Shown here piece after piece: positions 40,401 through 48,608 of a DNA stretch of 64,000 nucleotides. The notes under the pieces are model-generated. The model saw only the letters and a list, made by a program, of their open reading frames with translations, was not told the origin of the DNA and ran no database searches. Source of the DNA: Candidatus Thermosaccharophagus tengchongensis (GTDB lineage: Bacteria > Armatimonadota > Fervidibacteria > Fervidibacterales > Thermosaccharophagaceae); assembly GCA_032161105.1 (NCBI GenBank), contig JAVHTD010000001.1, one strand, 5' to 3'. A program made the translations under genes and the position numbers. Numbering within the stretch: position 1 is the stretch's first letter; each line of letters starts with the position of its first letter.

Positions 40401-40939
40401 CTTATGGCTCAAGCTTTATCGCCGATTACAGCAGCACTGATTGGGGCATGCAGCTTGGCTATCAGCTCTCACGCAAACTGACGCTCACCGGGCAGTTCTC
40501 GCGCCAGATGCAATCCTTCCTTCAGCCGAGCAGTGAGGCGTTTACGAGCATTTACGGTGTGGGTATGCACTATGCAGGCAACAAGCTCAATGCGTCGCTC
40601 TACTGGAATGTGCTCAGCAGCGAGAGCACACAGCAATTTTTCGGCGGGGCAACGGAGCAAGTTGGCGGGCAGTTCAATAACGCATTCAAAAGTTTGACGC
40701 TTGACGCTACATATAGGCTGAGCAAGCGCTTGGAATTGATGGGGACATTCGTGCATGCCCGCAACAGAGGGATTGGAGGATATGCGCAGAATTCGTTCCG
40801 AGCCGCGGTTGGCTACCGCATATTTGAGCATCTTTGGTTGGACATCAACATGGAGCGCATTGACCGAAAGGATTTGGTCGGCACTGGCAGCGATTACAAG
40901 GCTACCATTGTCAGCTTTCAACTTCGCGGCACATTCTAA
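37436..40939 (+). CDS. giant putative outer-membrane beta-barrel protein with two SprA-like repeats
   Basis: 1167 aa with a signal-like N-terminus, repeated PIVEGSE-x-V...DYxIxYxxGxxTF, many amphipathic strands, and C-terminal FQLRGTF. Confidence 0.65.
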   Translation: MSHVSECVGAHSKVFLHQHRWMCIVAFIGTLLVCCSGTNMPAHADDGGGYTVAGVEGDADQTEVAIRVGDEIKLSRMKHIDSQPSRIVKAQPMPKVADGQLCSWRIASLTQLGGAHAETGFGKQLTSKPREGGSVWRKLQIRGTGLLSYNIRDVESSSSAGRAAFVQENYGAAKSLYHYSSITVEGPILGKLRVRAQFNTPSYSPRSNTFVLEYPVGNFLLRYGDMSLSIVGNRFASLSRWTRGFELRYSLDGKAESVYGIGQGSPKGNELVIVTAEGKSQVKRDVIQGNNTSGPFFLSSSPIVEGSEQVLVDMRQMRRGEDYQIDYDTGMLTFLGATVIPPTSTIIVTYEAAQPGEGIGRFWGARLNWHFGNRGRVGISFLTQGAAQRQSSYDGVKRREEFLGANTVGPFQLSQRPIVEGSESVTVNGVLQERNRDYIINYISGLITFVRPVPVGAIIAVEYLQRASHGAVIGQHSVVGLDADISFGRLGEVNLQLAQSNGPARSGTAIEIASRLSFGRLKAHGEQKGVSESAQRGEQSSTRLQLPEAGAQVGEFKSGSADEAGDNTLSGDRANNAEWVRGGEDLRQSPSGGNVSSVDERAFEHSSASPSRITVLQPQRTLVERQQWSAWQGELSEPYRGMQVGGARTELTLRLLKVTPGFARIENADFYQNESGFEASLVHRFTPHIAFTSHWVSASTSYLTSAFGMSSSPTSSKRFSAALSFDKPNLPTLRLAHQRFSFGSKGSSNEYASTSALISYRRRRWSIDAAYEDNSQSSVNAISSSAGDKAASQGYGSSGRTRTTLCRLSFKYEPSERLFLSADWSSNRSTSGSRSVSASNLQLGTSFQASRSLRLSFSHNILTGSGSAGIGSFIIGGAAGAYSGLPYTFGAYDIGAVQYGGMMTGLGGYGTFGAAQRPITGLGGMSAIGYHSGAIGGSPGYGSEWRKRQTEGGSTLTAARNKSVATVASLDWQPSSRLSFLCQFSRQLTYGSSFIADYSSTDWGMQLGYQLSRKLTLTGQFSRQMQSFLQPSSEAFTSIYGVGMHYAGNKLNASLYWNVLSSESTQQFFGGATEQVGGQFNNAFKSLTLDATYRLSKRLELMGTFVHARNRGIGGYAQNSFRAAVGYRIFEHLWLDINMERIDRKDLVGTGSDYKATIVSFQLRGTF

Positions 40940-40940
40940 A

Positions 40941-42809
40941 GTGCCCATTGCGCTGCTCGCTTTAGCCACCTCACTGCTCATCAGGTGCGGCGGTGGTAAG
41001 CCCACGAGCCCCGATAACATCCCGAATCAGACAGCCAAGGCAGTGATATTGGTCACTTCAACCCCGGGTGGGGCGAGGATTTTCCTTGACGGAGTTGACA
41101 CCAACGCCTACTCAGCTCCTTCGGGGAGCACCCCCACAAAGCTTGAGTTGCCGCAGTTTGTGCCCGCGGAAAGCGTTCATTTGGTCACACTCAGGCTTGA
41201 TGGCTATTACGAATGGAACACATTTGTGATGGTAATGCCCAGCTCAACCGTGATGGTTGATGCCAAGCTTACAAGTGTTGGACAAGCAAGTGCCACAAGC
41301 ACATTGCGCATAAGTTCTGAGCCTGAGGGCGCATTGATATCCATTGATGGCAAGCCAACCGGCTTGGTCACGCCGACCGAGTTGAAGAACCTCTCCCCAA
41401 CGAGGCACGCAATCAAGCTTGAGTTGAGTGGCATCGGGGAAGTATACGACTTCGTTGAACTTAAGCCCGATGTCGCTTACGAGTTGCATGTTGTATTTGA
41501 CGAGCCGGGCAAAGGTTCAATATCCGGCGTCGTTTACAATGCCTACGGGGATACGCTGCTTGATGCTGAGGTTCAGCTCATTCAAGGTGAGCGAGTTGTA
41601 GCGAGCACGAGGACAACGCAATTTGGCACCTTCATTTTCAGGAACTGTCCTCCGGGAAGATACAAGTTGCGGGCAACAGCCGAGCTTGCCGGCGTGACAT
41701 TGATTGGCGAGCGCGATAATGTCATCGTTGCAAGCGGCAGAAGGACTTTTAACGCCGATGTGACCGTCTTCCCGGAGGGCGCAACTGGCGGCGTCTGTGG
41801 GGTTGTGAAGAACCGAAATGGGCAACCAATTAAGGGTGCATATGTGTTTACGCTCATCGGCATGCTCTCATCCGTGTCGGATGTTACCGATGAGTTTGGA
41901 CGATATCGCTTGAGCGGAATGCCAGCCGGTTCGGCGATCGTTGAAGTTGTGGCAGATGGCTATCTGCAAGCTCGCCAGAGTGTTCAGGTTGAGAGCGGTA
42001 AGGAAGTGGAGCTCAATTTCACCCTGACCGAAGTCACCTCAGGGCTCCAACCGCTGCCCAAGCCACCAAACTTGAGCGGGACAGCATTCACATACCCTGC
42101 ATCTGTGACCAGGGGCGCTTATAGCGCGGGCTTTAATGCCTTCATGTCGTTTCTTCGTCGTCACCGAGTAGTTGGGTTGAGCAAGGTGCTCGGTGAGGCG
42201 CGCAAATTGTTTCCGAGGAAGCGCCTTCCACCGAAAGGCTGCATCATTGAGGCATCCTTGTGGTGGATGCCCGTCAGCAGGGAGGATATAGCCGGTTACT
42301 GCGTTTATCGCAGCTATGCTCACATTGGCGGCTTCAAGCGAATAGCAACAATACGGGGGACATCGTTGCCATTGTTCGTTGACATATCCGATGAGCACGC
42401 GCCGCTTAAGCCCGTGAGATATGCAATCACGCTGCTTTCAGCTACGGGCAGCGAGAGCGAGATGAGCAATGAAGTGAAGCTCATCCCGTTGGGTGATTTG
42501 CGCTTGTCATCACCGAGTAACGATGCGGTGATTTCAGTCAGTGAGGGTGAGCAGATAACCTTTGAATGGCAGCCTGTGGATGGAGCTGCTGCATATTGGG
42601 TGCAGCTGTATGCCGAGTTTCCAACGGGTGCAGTTGATCCGCAGTGGGAGACGACGATACCGCTCAAGGGAACGAGTGTCGTTTATGATGGTCAACCGCT
42701 ATTGCGCGCCAAGAGCTACTACTGGATGGCTATCGCCGCAGACTCGGAAGACCCGAAGACGGCGACCGCATTCAGCTACAGTGAATTGAGGCGATTCACA
42801 ACGAAATGA
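40941..42809 (+). CDS. predicted lipoprotein with PEGA and carboxypeptidase-regulatory-like domains
   Basis: Probable GTG start at 40941 giving signal ...LLIRCGGG. PEGA-like VTSTPGGARIFLDG and ISSEPEGALISIDG, two GxxxGVV repeats, and an Fn3-like C-terminus. Confidence 0.78.
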   Translation: MPIALLALATSLLIRCGGGKPTSPDNIPNQTAKAVILVTSTPGGARIFLDGVDTNAYSAPSGSTPTKLELPQFVPAESVHLVTLRLDGYYEWNTFVMVMPSSTVMVDAKLTSVGQASATSTLRISSEPEGALISIDGKPTGLVTPTELKNLSPTRHAIKLELSGIGEVYDFVELKPDVAYELHVVFDEPGKGSISGVVYNAYGDTLLDAEVQLIQGERVVASTRTTQFGTFIFRNCPPGRYKLRATAELAGVTLIGERDNVIVASGRRTFNADVTVFPEGATGGVCGVVKNRNGQPIKGAYVFTLIGMLSSVSDVTDEFGRYRLSGMPAGSAIVEVVADGYLQARQSVQVESGKEVELNFTLTEVTSGLQPLPKPPNLSGTAFTYPASVTRGAYSAGFNAFMSFLRRHRVVGLSKVLGEARKLFPRKRLPPKGCIIEASLWWMPVSREDIAGYCVYRSYAHIGGFKRIATIRGTSLPLFVDISDEHAPLKPVRYAITLLSATGSESEMSNEVKLIPLGDLRLSSPSNDAVISVSEGEQITFEWQPVDGAAAYWVQLYAEFPTGAVDPQWETTIPLKGTSVVYDGQPLLRAKSYYWMAIAADSEDPKTATAFSYSELRRFTTK

Positions 42810-42825
42810 TGGTGGTGGATGTGGC

Positions 42826-45120
42826 ATGCGCAATTTCGGCATGCGCCATGCAGGTCATCAGTGCGGTGTGGCGTCGTTTAGTTGTCATTTGGCATTCGGC
42901 ATCTTTTTGTTCACGCTGGCGTTAACATCCGGCGCGTCGTTTGGTCAGAGCACATTTGAAGTTGTTGATGGGACGCCATTTGAGACGCGCATACGAGGCA
43001 TAGCCGGTGTCATATCAGTTGATGCATCCGGCGTGCGCACAGCAAAGCAGCTTCAGTGGCGCACTCAATGGGCGATAAGGGATGCCGAATGGCGCCTCAG
43101 GAGGACTCGCCCAAGGCTCATACGCTTCCTTCGCCAAATCGGCTATTGGAAAACCGATCGGCTCGGCATTGACATGCTTGCTGTCGCAGTTGAGCCGAGG
43201 AGGAAACGCATACTCCGCCCGGAGATGCTCACCCAGCGGCTTTGGGCATTGGCGCTCCGTTCAAAGAGTTATGGTGCGGGCAAGTTGGAGTTTGAATTTG
43301 TTGGCTTCCGAAAGGAGGTGGCGGAGTCAATTCGCAATTGGCTCAACGGCGCCATGCCGGTGATGATTGAGGTTTATGGTCATCCAGTGGCGTCACCGCC
43401 CGGGGCAACGCGCACAGTTAGGATAATTTTGGACACCACGCTTGATGCGCTTGATGGCGGTGTGTATTCGCCATCAACGGATGAGATACGCATAGGCGAG
43501 TTTGAGGGGCGCAGCTTTGACTATTTCAATCTCGTCCACCTTTTATTCCACGCATTCAGGGGTGAACTTGTGCTCTCATATCCATCATGGGAAGAGGGCA
43601 TGGCGAGAGCGGCGGCAGTTATAGCCACAAGAAGGCTTATACCCAAGTTTGACCCAAGTGACCCGCTTGACGGTGACCCTCTATTTCTGATGCCCATTTA
43701 TGACCTGCTCAACCAACCGCCATTGGGTAATCCCATCTTCATGCCACCATCAGGTTATCAACCGATGGCTATATGGCGATACGGCATGAGTGCCGCAGCG
43801 TGGCTCAAAGTGGCAATTGAGGACGACAGCTTCTTCAGGCGCTTCAATGAAGCCTACTACAACCTCTATAATGCGAACGCAAGCGTGCCGCTATCTGGCG
43901 ATGTGCCGGCGCTCAAGCGTATAGCCAGCCAGATTGTTAAGCAAGTTGAAGGGCTCGACTTTTACGACTGGTATCGCCGCCAGCATGTTTTGGACACGAG
44001 CGTAAAGGCTGGCTTCAAGTTGTATGTCTTCAATGTGCCGCTTGAAATCGGCGTCATCATCGGCATCAACTACTATCGCACAACGCCATCAGGTGACGAA
44101 ATCCCGCAAGATGCGGTAGCGCAGCTCGTATACAGCAACGACATGAGCGATGACTTATATGCCGAGGAAGGAAATGAGGTTGAAGTCGTTGGCGGTGAGG
44201 GTTTCATTGCGCCGCAGTTCTTCAACATCGGCGGTCCAAACAGGATAAGGGTGGACATATCGGTTGGTGGGATGAGGAAGATCATCTACTTCCCATATGG
44301 CGTGCGAGGTCCGGAGAACAATGAAAACCCACTATTTGGGGCGCTCATTGGAGCTGATGAGGGTTCGGTGAATATCAGTGGCGATGGGATGAGGGCGAGC
44401 GCCAATGTGAAGAGGGGTGTCTTCGCTATAACGAGCGGGATCAACTTGAACGGTCTGCGTAAGTTCACGATTGAGCATTGCGCAACTGATGGAACGGCAG
44501 TTGCGGAGTTTAGGAACGCATGCTTTGGCTTTTATGTGCTTATGCTGAATGCAGCTGGCTCAGTGGTGACCGTTACGAAGACATTCAAGAGCGGGTGGCA
44601 TCTGATGGGCATCCCAGTCTTGCCGCTCAAATCCGACGAAGCTGAGATACTCGGTATACCGAGGGAGAGGCTGTTGCTTGCCCATTGGCAGCCGAACTTG
44701 ATCGGGGTGAGCAGGTATGAGATTTATCCGAACATCTCAACACCGATGCACCCGGGCGTTGGGTATTGGCTCAAGTTGAACGAGGATACAACGATAAGTG
44801 TGCGCGGCATGCCGACGCCGACTGATGAGCCATTTGAAATGCCCCTTCTTGGCGGTTTCAATCAGCTTGCCAACCCATTCACATTCCCCATAAGTGTGAG
44901 CGACTTCAAGGTCCGATATGGCGACGGTGAACCCATGGACTTGCAATCGGCTTCGCAAGCCGGTTTGATTGACTCGGGGGTTTGGACATGGACGCAAGAA
45001 AATGGGTATCAATCAGCCAGCGTCATTGAGCCGTGGGGTGGCTTTTGGGTGCGCTCATTCAAGCCAATCGGCGTTTGGCTCATCATACCGCCAATCAGCG
45101 CAAAGGTTGTCGGAAGGTAA
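42826..45120 (+). CDS. secreted protein with degenerate zincin-like motif and a C-terminal repeated beta module
   Basis: Signal peptide, VHLLFHAF...WEEGMA, and the repeats GWHLMGIP...PGVGYW / GFNQLANP...PWGGFW. Confidence 0.6.
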   Translation: MRNFGMRHAGHQCGVASFSCHLAFGIFLFTLALTSGASFGQSTFEVVDGTPFETRIRGIAGVISVDASGVRTAKQLQWRTQWAIRDAEWRLRRTRPRLIRFLRQIGYWKTDRLGIDMLAVAVEPRRKRILRPEMLTQRLWALALRSKSYGAGKLEFEFVGFRKEVAESIRNWLNGAMPVMIEVYGHPVASPPGATRTVRIILDTTLDALDGGVYSPSTDEIRIGEFEGRSFDYFNLVHLLFHAFRGELVLSYPSWEEGMARAAAVIATRRLIPKFDPSDPLDGDPLFLMPIYDLLNQPPLGNPIFMPPSGYQPMAIWRYGMSAAAWLKVAIEDDSFFRRFNEAYYNLYNANASVPLSGDVPALKRIASQIVKQVEGLDFYDWYRRQHVLDTSVKAGFKLYVFNVPLEIGVIIGINYYRTTPSGDEIPQDAVAQLVYSNDMSDDLYAEEGNEVEVVGGEGFIAPQFFNIGGPNRIRVDISVGGMRKIIYFPYGVRGPENNENPLFGALIGADEGSVNISGDGMRASANVKRGVFAITSGINLNGLRKFTIEHCATDGTAVAEFRNACFGFYVLMLNAAGSVVTVTKTFKSGWHLMGIPVLPLKSDEAEILGIPRERLLLAHWQPNLIGVSRYEIYPNISTPMHPGVGYWLKLNEDTTISVRGMPTPTDEPFEMPLLGGFNQLANPFTFPISVSDFKVRYGDGEPMDLQSASQAGLIDSGVWTWTQENGYQSASVIEPWGGFWVRSFKPIGVWLIIPPISAKVVGR

Positions 45121-45150
45121 TTTGCATTTGAGCGGCACTGTGTGAGGTGA

Positions 45151-46305
45151 ATGCAGTTGCGCAATGTGATTGCTCGTGTGGTGTTGGCTTTGGCGAGCGC
45201 AACCGCAGCAATTGCGTTTTTTGGATGCGGAGGCGGTCTTCCAAAAGGGGGCGCACGCATCACTGTCATGGGCAAAGTGGTGGACGAGGAGACCGGTGAT
45301 GGAATTAATGAAGCCATCGTGATCATCAACGGTTACAGGACGAAGACGCAGAGCAAAGGGAATGAGGTTGGATGGTTTGAGCTAACTATCGCTATCACAA
45401 GCGGGATGCGCGAGATACCGATGACGGTCTCAAAGCACGGCTATCAAACTCATGCGATGACTTGGCGACTTCCCCAGCCAATTCAAACTCCGTATCGGTT
45501 TGGCGATGTCAAGCTCTCAAGGCGCTCGGAATCAGCGACGCTCGTTGGGAGAATCATTGATGTGGACACGAGGCGGGGCATTGTCAATGCCATGGTGACT
45601 GCGACTTCCGATGGCTTGTCCGTTTATGGGTGGACGGACAACAACGGCGAGTTTGTGCTCAGTGGTATACTTGCAGGCTTGGTCAAGGTTAAGGTTGAGC
45701 ATCCGGATTTTATCACTCAACATGTGCCGTCAATTCCGTTGGTTGTTGGCGAAGAGAAAAACATCAGCGACATCGCACTGCTCCGTTTAGGTCGTCCAAT
45801 TGCAGTTGTCGGGATTGTGCTGGATGCCGAGGAGCAATTGCCAGTTAGCGGTGCAACTGTATCCATTGCCGGCAAGGAGACAAAAACAGATGGGCAGGGT
45901 AAATTTGAGCTATCCGATGTGCCATCCGGGGGGCAAAAAATCAGGGTGTCTCATCCGGATTACGAGCCGCTTGAGGCAACGGTGATGATACGGGGAGAAG
46001 AGCTGACGCTTTACCTTGCGCCGAAGGGGGCATTCCCGGCGTTGCCCTTCAACATTGGTGGCGTGGTCAAGCTTGCAAGTGGACAGCCAGCCAAAGGTGC
46101 AACCGTTGAGTTGCTCGACGCGCAATCTCGCACGCTCATTGAAAAAGCACTCACGGACTCAAGTGGGCGATATAGCTTCTTCGCCCCAGCTGGTGAATAC
46201 ATCATTCGTGTGCAGCTTGATGGCTACAAGCCGCAGGAGAAACGGATTACACTGCTATATGGAGCGATACTCAGCGATGTGAACTTTGAGTTAGAGCAAT
46301 TGTAG
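45151..46305 (+). CDS. predicted lipoprotein with four carboxypeptidase-regulatory-like domains
   Basis: FFGCGGG lipobox and four G-x-V-x-D...TDxxGxF-type repeats. Confidence 0.8.
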   Translation: MQLRNVIARVVLALASATAAIAFFGCGGGLPKGGARITVMGKVVDEETGDGINEAIVIINGYRTKTQSKGNEVGWFELTIAITSGMREIPMTVSKHGYQTHAMTWRLPQPIQTPYRFGDVKLSRRSESATLVGRIIDVDTRRGIVNAMVTATSDGLSVYGWTDNNGEFVLSGILAGLVKVKVEHPDFITQHVPSIPLVVGEEKNISDIALLRLGRPIAVVGIVLDAEEQLPVSGATVSIAGKETKTDGQGKFELSDVPSGGQKIRVSHPDYEPLEATVMIRGEELTLYLAPKGAFPALPFNIGGVVKLASGQPAKGATVELLDAQSRTLIEKALTDSSGRYSFFAPAGEYIIRVQLDGYKPQEKRITLLYGAILSDVNFELEQL

Positions 46306-46346
46306 AGTGCATTGCAACACACCCAAGGTTAGGAGGGGTATGAGCG

Positions 46347-46778
46347 ATGAGAAGCAAATGGATGCAAAAGCGAGCGCGTTGGTTCGCTGTTCTCGCTGTA
46401 GTGTGCCTTGTGCCATTTCTCACGGTGTCAGGGTGCGGTGGTGGCGGTGGCGGCGCTTTGCCGGGCACGGGTGGTGGGCAGAAGACTGCCGTAGTAACAG
46501 GGGTTGTGAGAGACGCAGTTGGTAAGCCAGTTCAGGGGGCAACGGTTGAGGCGTATGATCCGGCGGGCAAGCTTCTTGACACGGCAAGGAGCGATGCCAA
46601 TGGCGAATTCAAGCTGACATTGCCCGTAGGTGTTGCAGTGATGATAACAGCTTCGGCAGCAGGCTACGCTATCGGCTATGCCTCGCTTACGCCTGTTGAG
46701 GGTTACAATTCTCCAATCACAATTACGCTGTCATCAGCGCCGTTAACTCCTCCGCCTCCGCCGACATTCCCGGAGTAG
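46347..46778 (+). CDS. small predicted lipoprotein with one carboxypeptidase-regulatory-like domain and Pro-rich tail
   Basis: VSGCGGGGGG, VTGVVRDAVGKPVQGATV, SDANGEF, TPPPPPTF. Confidence 0.8.
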   Translation: MRSKWMQKRARWFAVLAVVCLVPFLTVSGCGGGGGGALPGTGGGQKTAVVTGVVRDAVGKPVQGATVEAYDPAGKLLDTARSDANGEFKLTLPVGVAVMITASAAGYAIGYASLTPVEGYNSPITITLSSAPLTPPPPPTFPE

Positions 46779-46795
46779 GATGAGGTGAGGCTTGT

Positions 46796-48358
46796 GTGAA
46801 GTCCCCTTTGAAACCCATCATGCAATGCTTTGCTGCGCTCCTTCTTCTCCTCACCGCTTCACTTTGCATATTGCGCATATGTTTGCGCTCCCCAAAGACG
46901 AAGCAGCCGCAATCTCATGCTGAACTGCGCCGTGATGTGGCAGTTGAGTTTGAGCGCATACGGGGCTTGAAGATACGAAGCCACGGTGAGACGCTTTGGG
47001 AGTTAAAAGCCAACACCATAAGGGTTAACAGGCAGAGGACATTGACCGAGGTGGATGGGCTGAAGGAAGCCATCTATTACGCCTCCGGGAGGGCGCTTTT
47101 GAGGGTTAGCGCAAAGCGTGCCGCATGGAACATGATCACCAACGACATTGATGTGTATGGGGATGTGACTGTGCGAAGCGAAGCCGGATTAACTATGACC
47201 ATGGAACGGATCACTTGGCGAGACCGTGAACGCGTGCTTGAGATACCATGCCGCGTTATCGGTGATTCTGACAGGTTGCGTTTTGTCACGATGCGCGTGA
47301 TTTACATGCCGATGGAGCATCATCTGCGCCTATGCGATGGAGTATATGCGAGCACGAATGAAGTGCAGTTCTATTGCCGCCAACTTGATGTGGACATGAA
47401 GGCTGGCGAATATGTGGCACATCCTCCTGTCAGGCTCATCGTTCACATCAACCAACCGTTGGGAGAATTTGAGTTGAAGCCATTGAACATTGAAGCGTTG
47501 ACGCACCTGATCGGCATGGGAGTGACCGCTCCGGCTCAATCCCCGGCGAAGGATTCCAGGGGTGGAGAAAAGAAGGAGCGCAAGATGCTATTTGACTCGC
47601 CAACGCAGCCGCTCAAGCGCGTTGGGAGAAAAGTTTTTGGCGCTGAAGTGACCGTGCGTGAGGAGGGCGAGGATTATGTCATACAGGTGAAGCGTTTCAC
47701 ATATGACGAGGAGAAGGAATACCTCTTTGCCGACGGCTTGGTGCATTATGAGGATTCCGACATAGTCCTCACCGCACCAAAAGCTGAGCTGTTCAGGCGT
47801 GATCGCAGGGTGCTCCTGCAAGGCAAGGTGCACCTTGAATCAAAGGTGAAGGAAAATGCTCAGGCAAGCGGAGCATCAAAGGGCGCGGAGCAAGCCAAAG
47901 GGAAAGCAAACAATCAGGGTGAAGAGGAGAAGTTGCCACTGCGTGAGCGCATAAGGCGCAAGCCAACTGTGATTGATTGTGAGAGGGTTGAATACTTCTA
48001 TCGTGAGCGGCGTGCCGTTGCCACCGGCAACCTGCAGTTCAAGCACGGGCAGTATGCCGGCAGCGCAAATGTAGTCACCTACTGGCATCGTGAGGATAAG
48101 CTCTTGGCGGAAGGGAAGGTCATCGTGCGCGACACTGAGGAAGGGCATGTTTTTGAGTGCACCAGCGTCACAATACTGCTCGCAAACGATGAGCGCAAAG
48201 AGGATGAGATAATTGTTGCACCCGGAGCAAAGGCATTATTGCGCGTGAAAGAAGAGGAGGAGTCAAAGGAGGAACAGCCACCGGAGCAGAAGAAGCCGGA
48301 AGGGAGCAGCGAATCACCGCAACAAGGCAAGGCATCATCGGAGCAGAAGCAACCTTAG
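46796..48358 (+). CDS. LptC-like plus LptA/OstA-like beta-jellyroll fusion protein
   Basis: N-terminal TM segment, LptC-like WELKA...VYGDVTVRSEAGLTMTMERITW, and OstA-like VLLQGKVHL, AVATGNL, LLAEGKVIV strands. Confidence 0.65.
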   Translation: MKSPLKPIMQCFAALLLLLTASLCILRICLRSPKTKQPQSHAELRRDVAVEFERIRGLKIRSHGETLWELKANTIRVNRQRTLTEVDGLKEAIYYASGRALLRVSAKRAAWNMITNDIDVYGDVTVRSEAGLTMTMERITWRDRERVLEIPCRVIGDSDRLRFVTMRVIYMPMEHHLRLCDGVYASTNEVQFYCRQLDVDMKAGEYVAHPPVRLIVHINQPLGEFELKPLNIEALTHLIGMGVTAPAQSPAKDSRGGEKKERKMLFDSPTQPLKRVGRKVFGAEVTVREEGEDYVIQVKRFTYDEEKEYLFADGLVHYEDSDIVLTAPKAELFRRDRRVLLQGKVHLESKVKENAQASGASKGAEQAKGKANNQGEEEKLPLRERIRRKPTVIDCERVEYFYRERRAVATGNLQFKHGQYAGSANVVTYWHREDKLLAEGKVIVRDTEEGHVFECTSVTILLANDERKEDEIIVAPGAKALLRVKEEEESKEEQPPEQKKPEGSSESPQQGKASSEQKQP

Positions 48359-48608
48359 CTGTGCCCCAACTGCGACCTTAACGGAGTGCCAGCCTTGGCT
48401 GCATGATTTGAATGGCAACGCGTGTTGTCCTTTGTTATCCTTTCCCGCACATTGCAAGATAAGTTGCGCTCCACGACCTTCATGGCGATGGCAAAAAGCG
48501 CCAATGGGCTGTCTGGGCAGTGTGCTATAGAGGCATCGGTTAACTCTCGCAGCCCTTTCAGTTGATGCTGCTTTCCGGTCACCCTTTGGTTGGCTCAGAT
48601 GGCGGGAG

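Noticed and set aside
40755..40940. 186-nt overlap of the PEGA ORF with the barrel gene
   Set aside because: A GTG at 40941 gives a clean lipoprotein signal with no overlap, so the longer start is probably an artefact.
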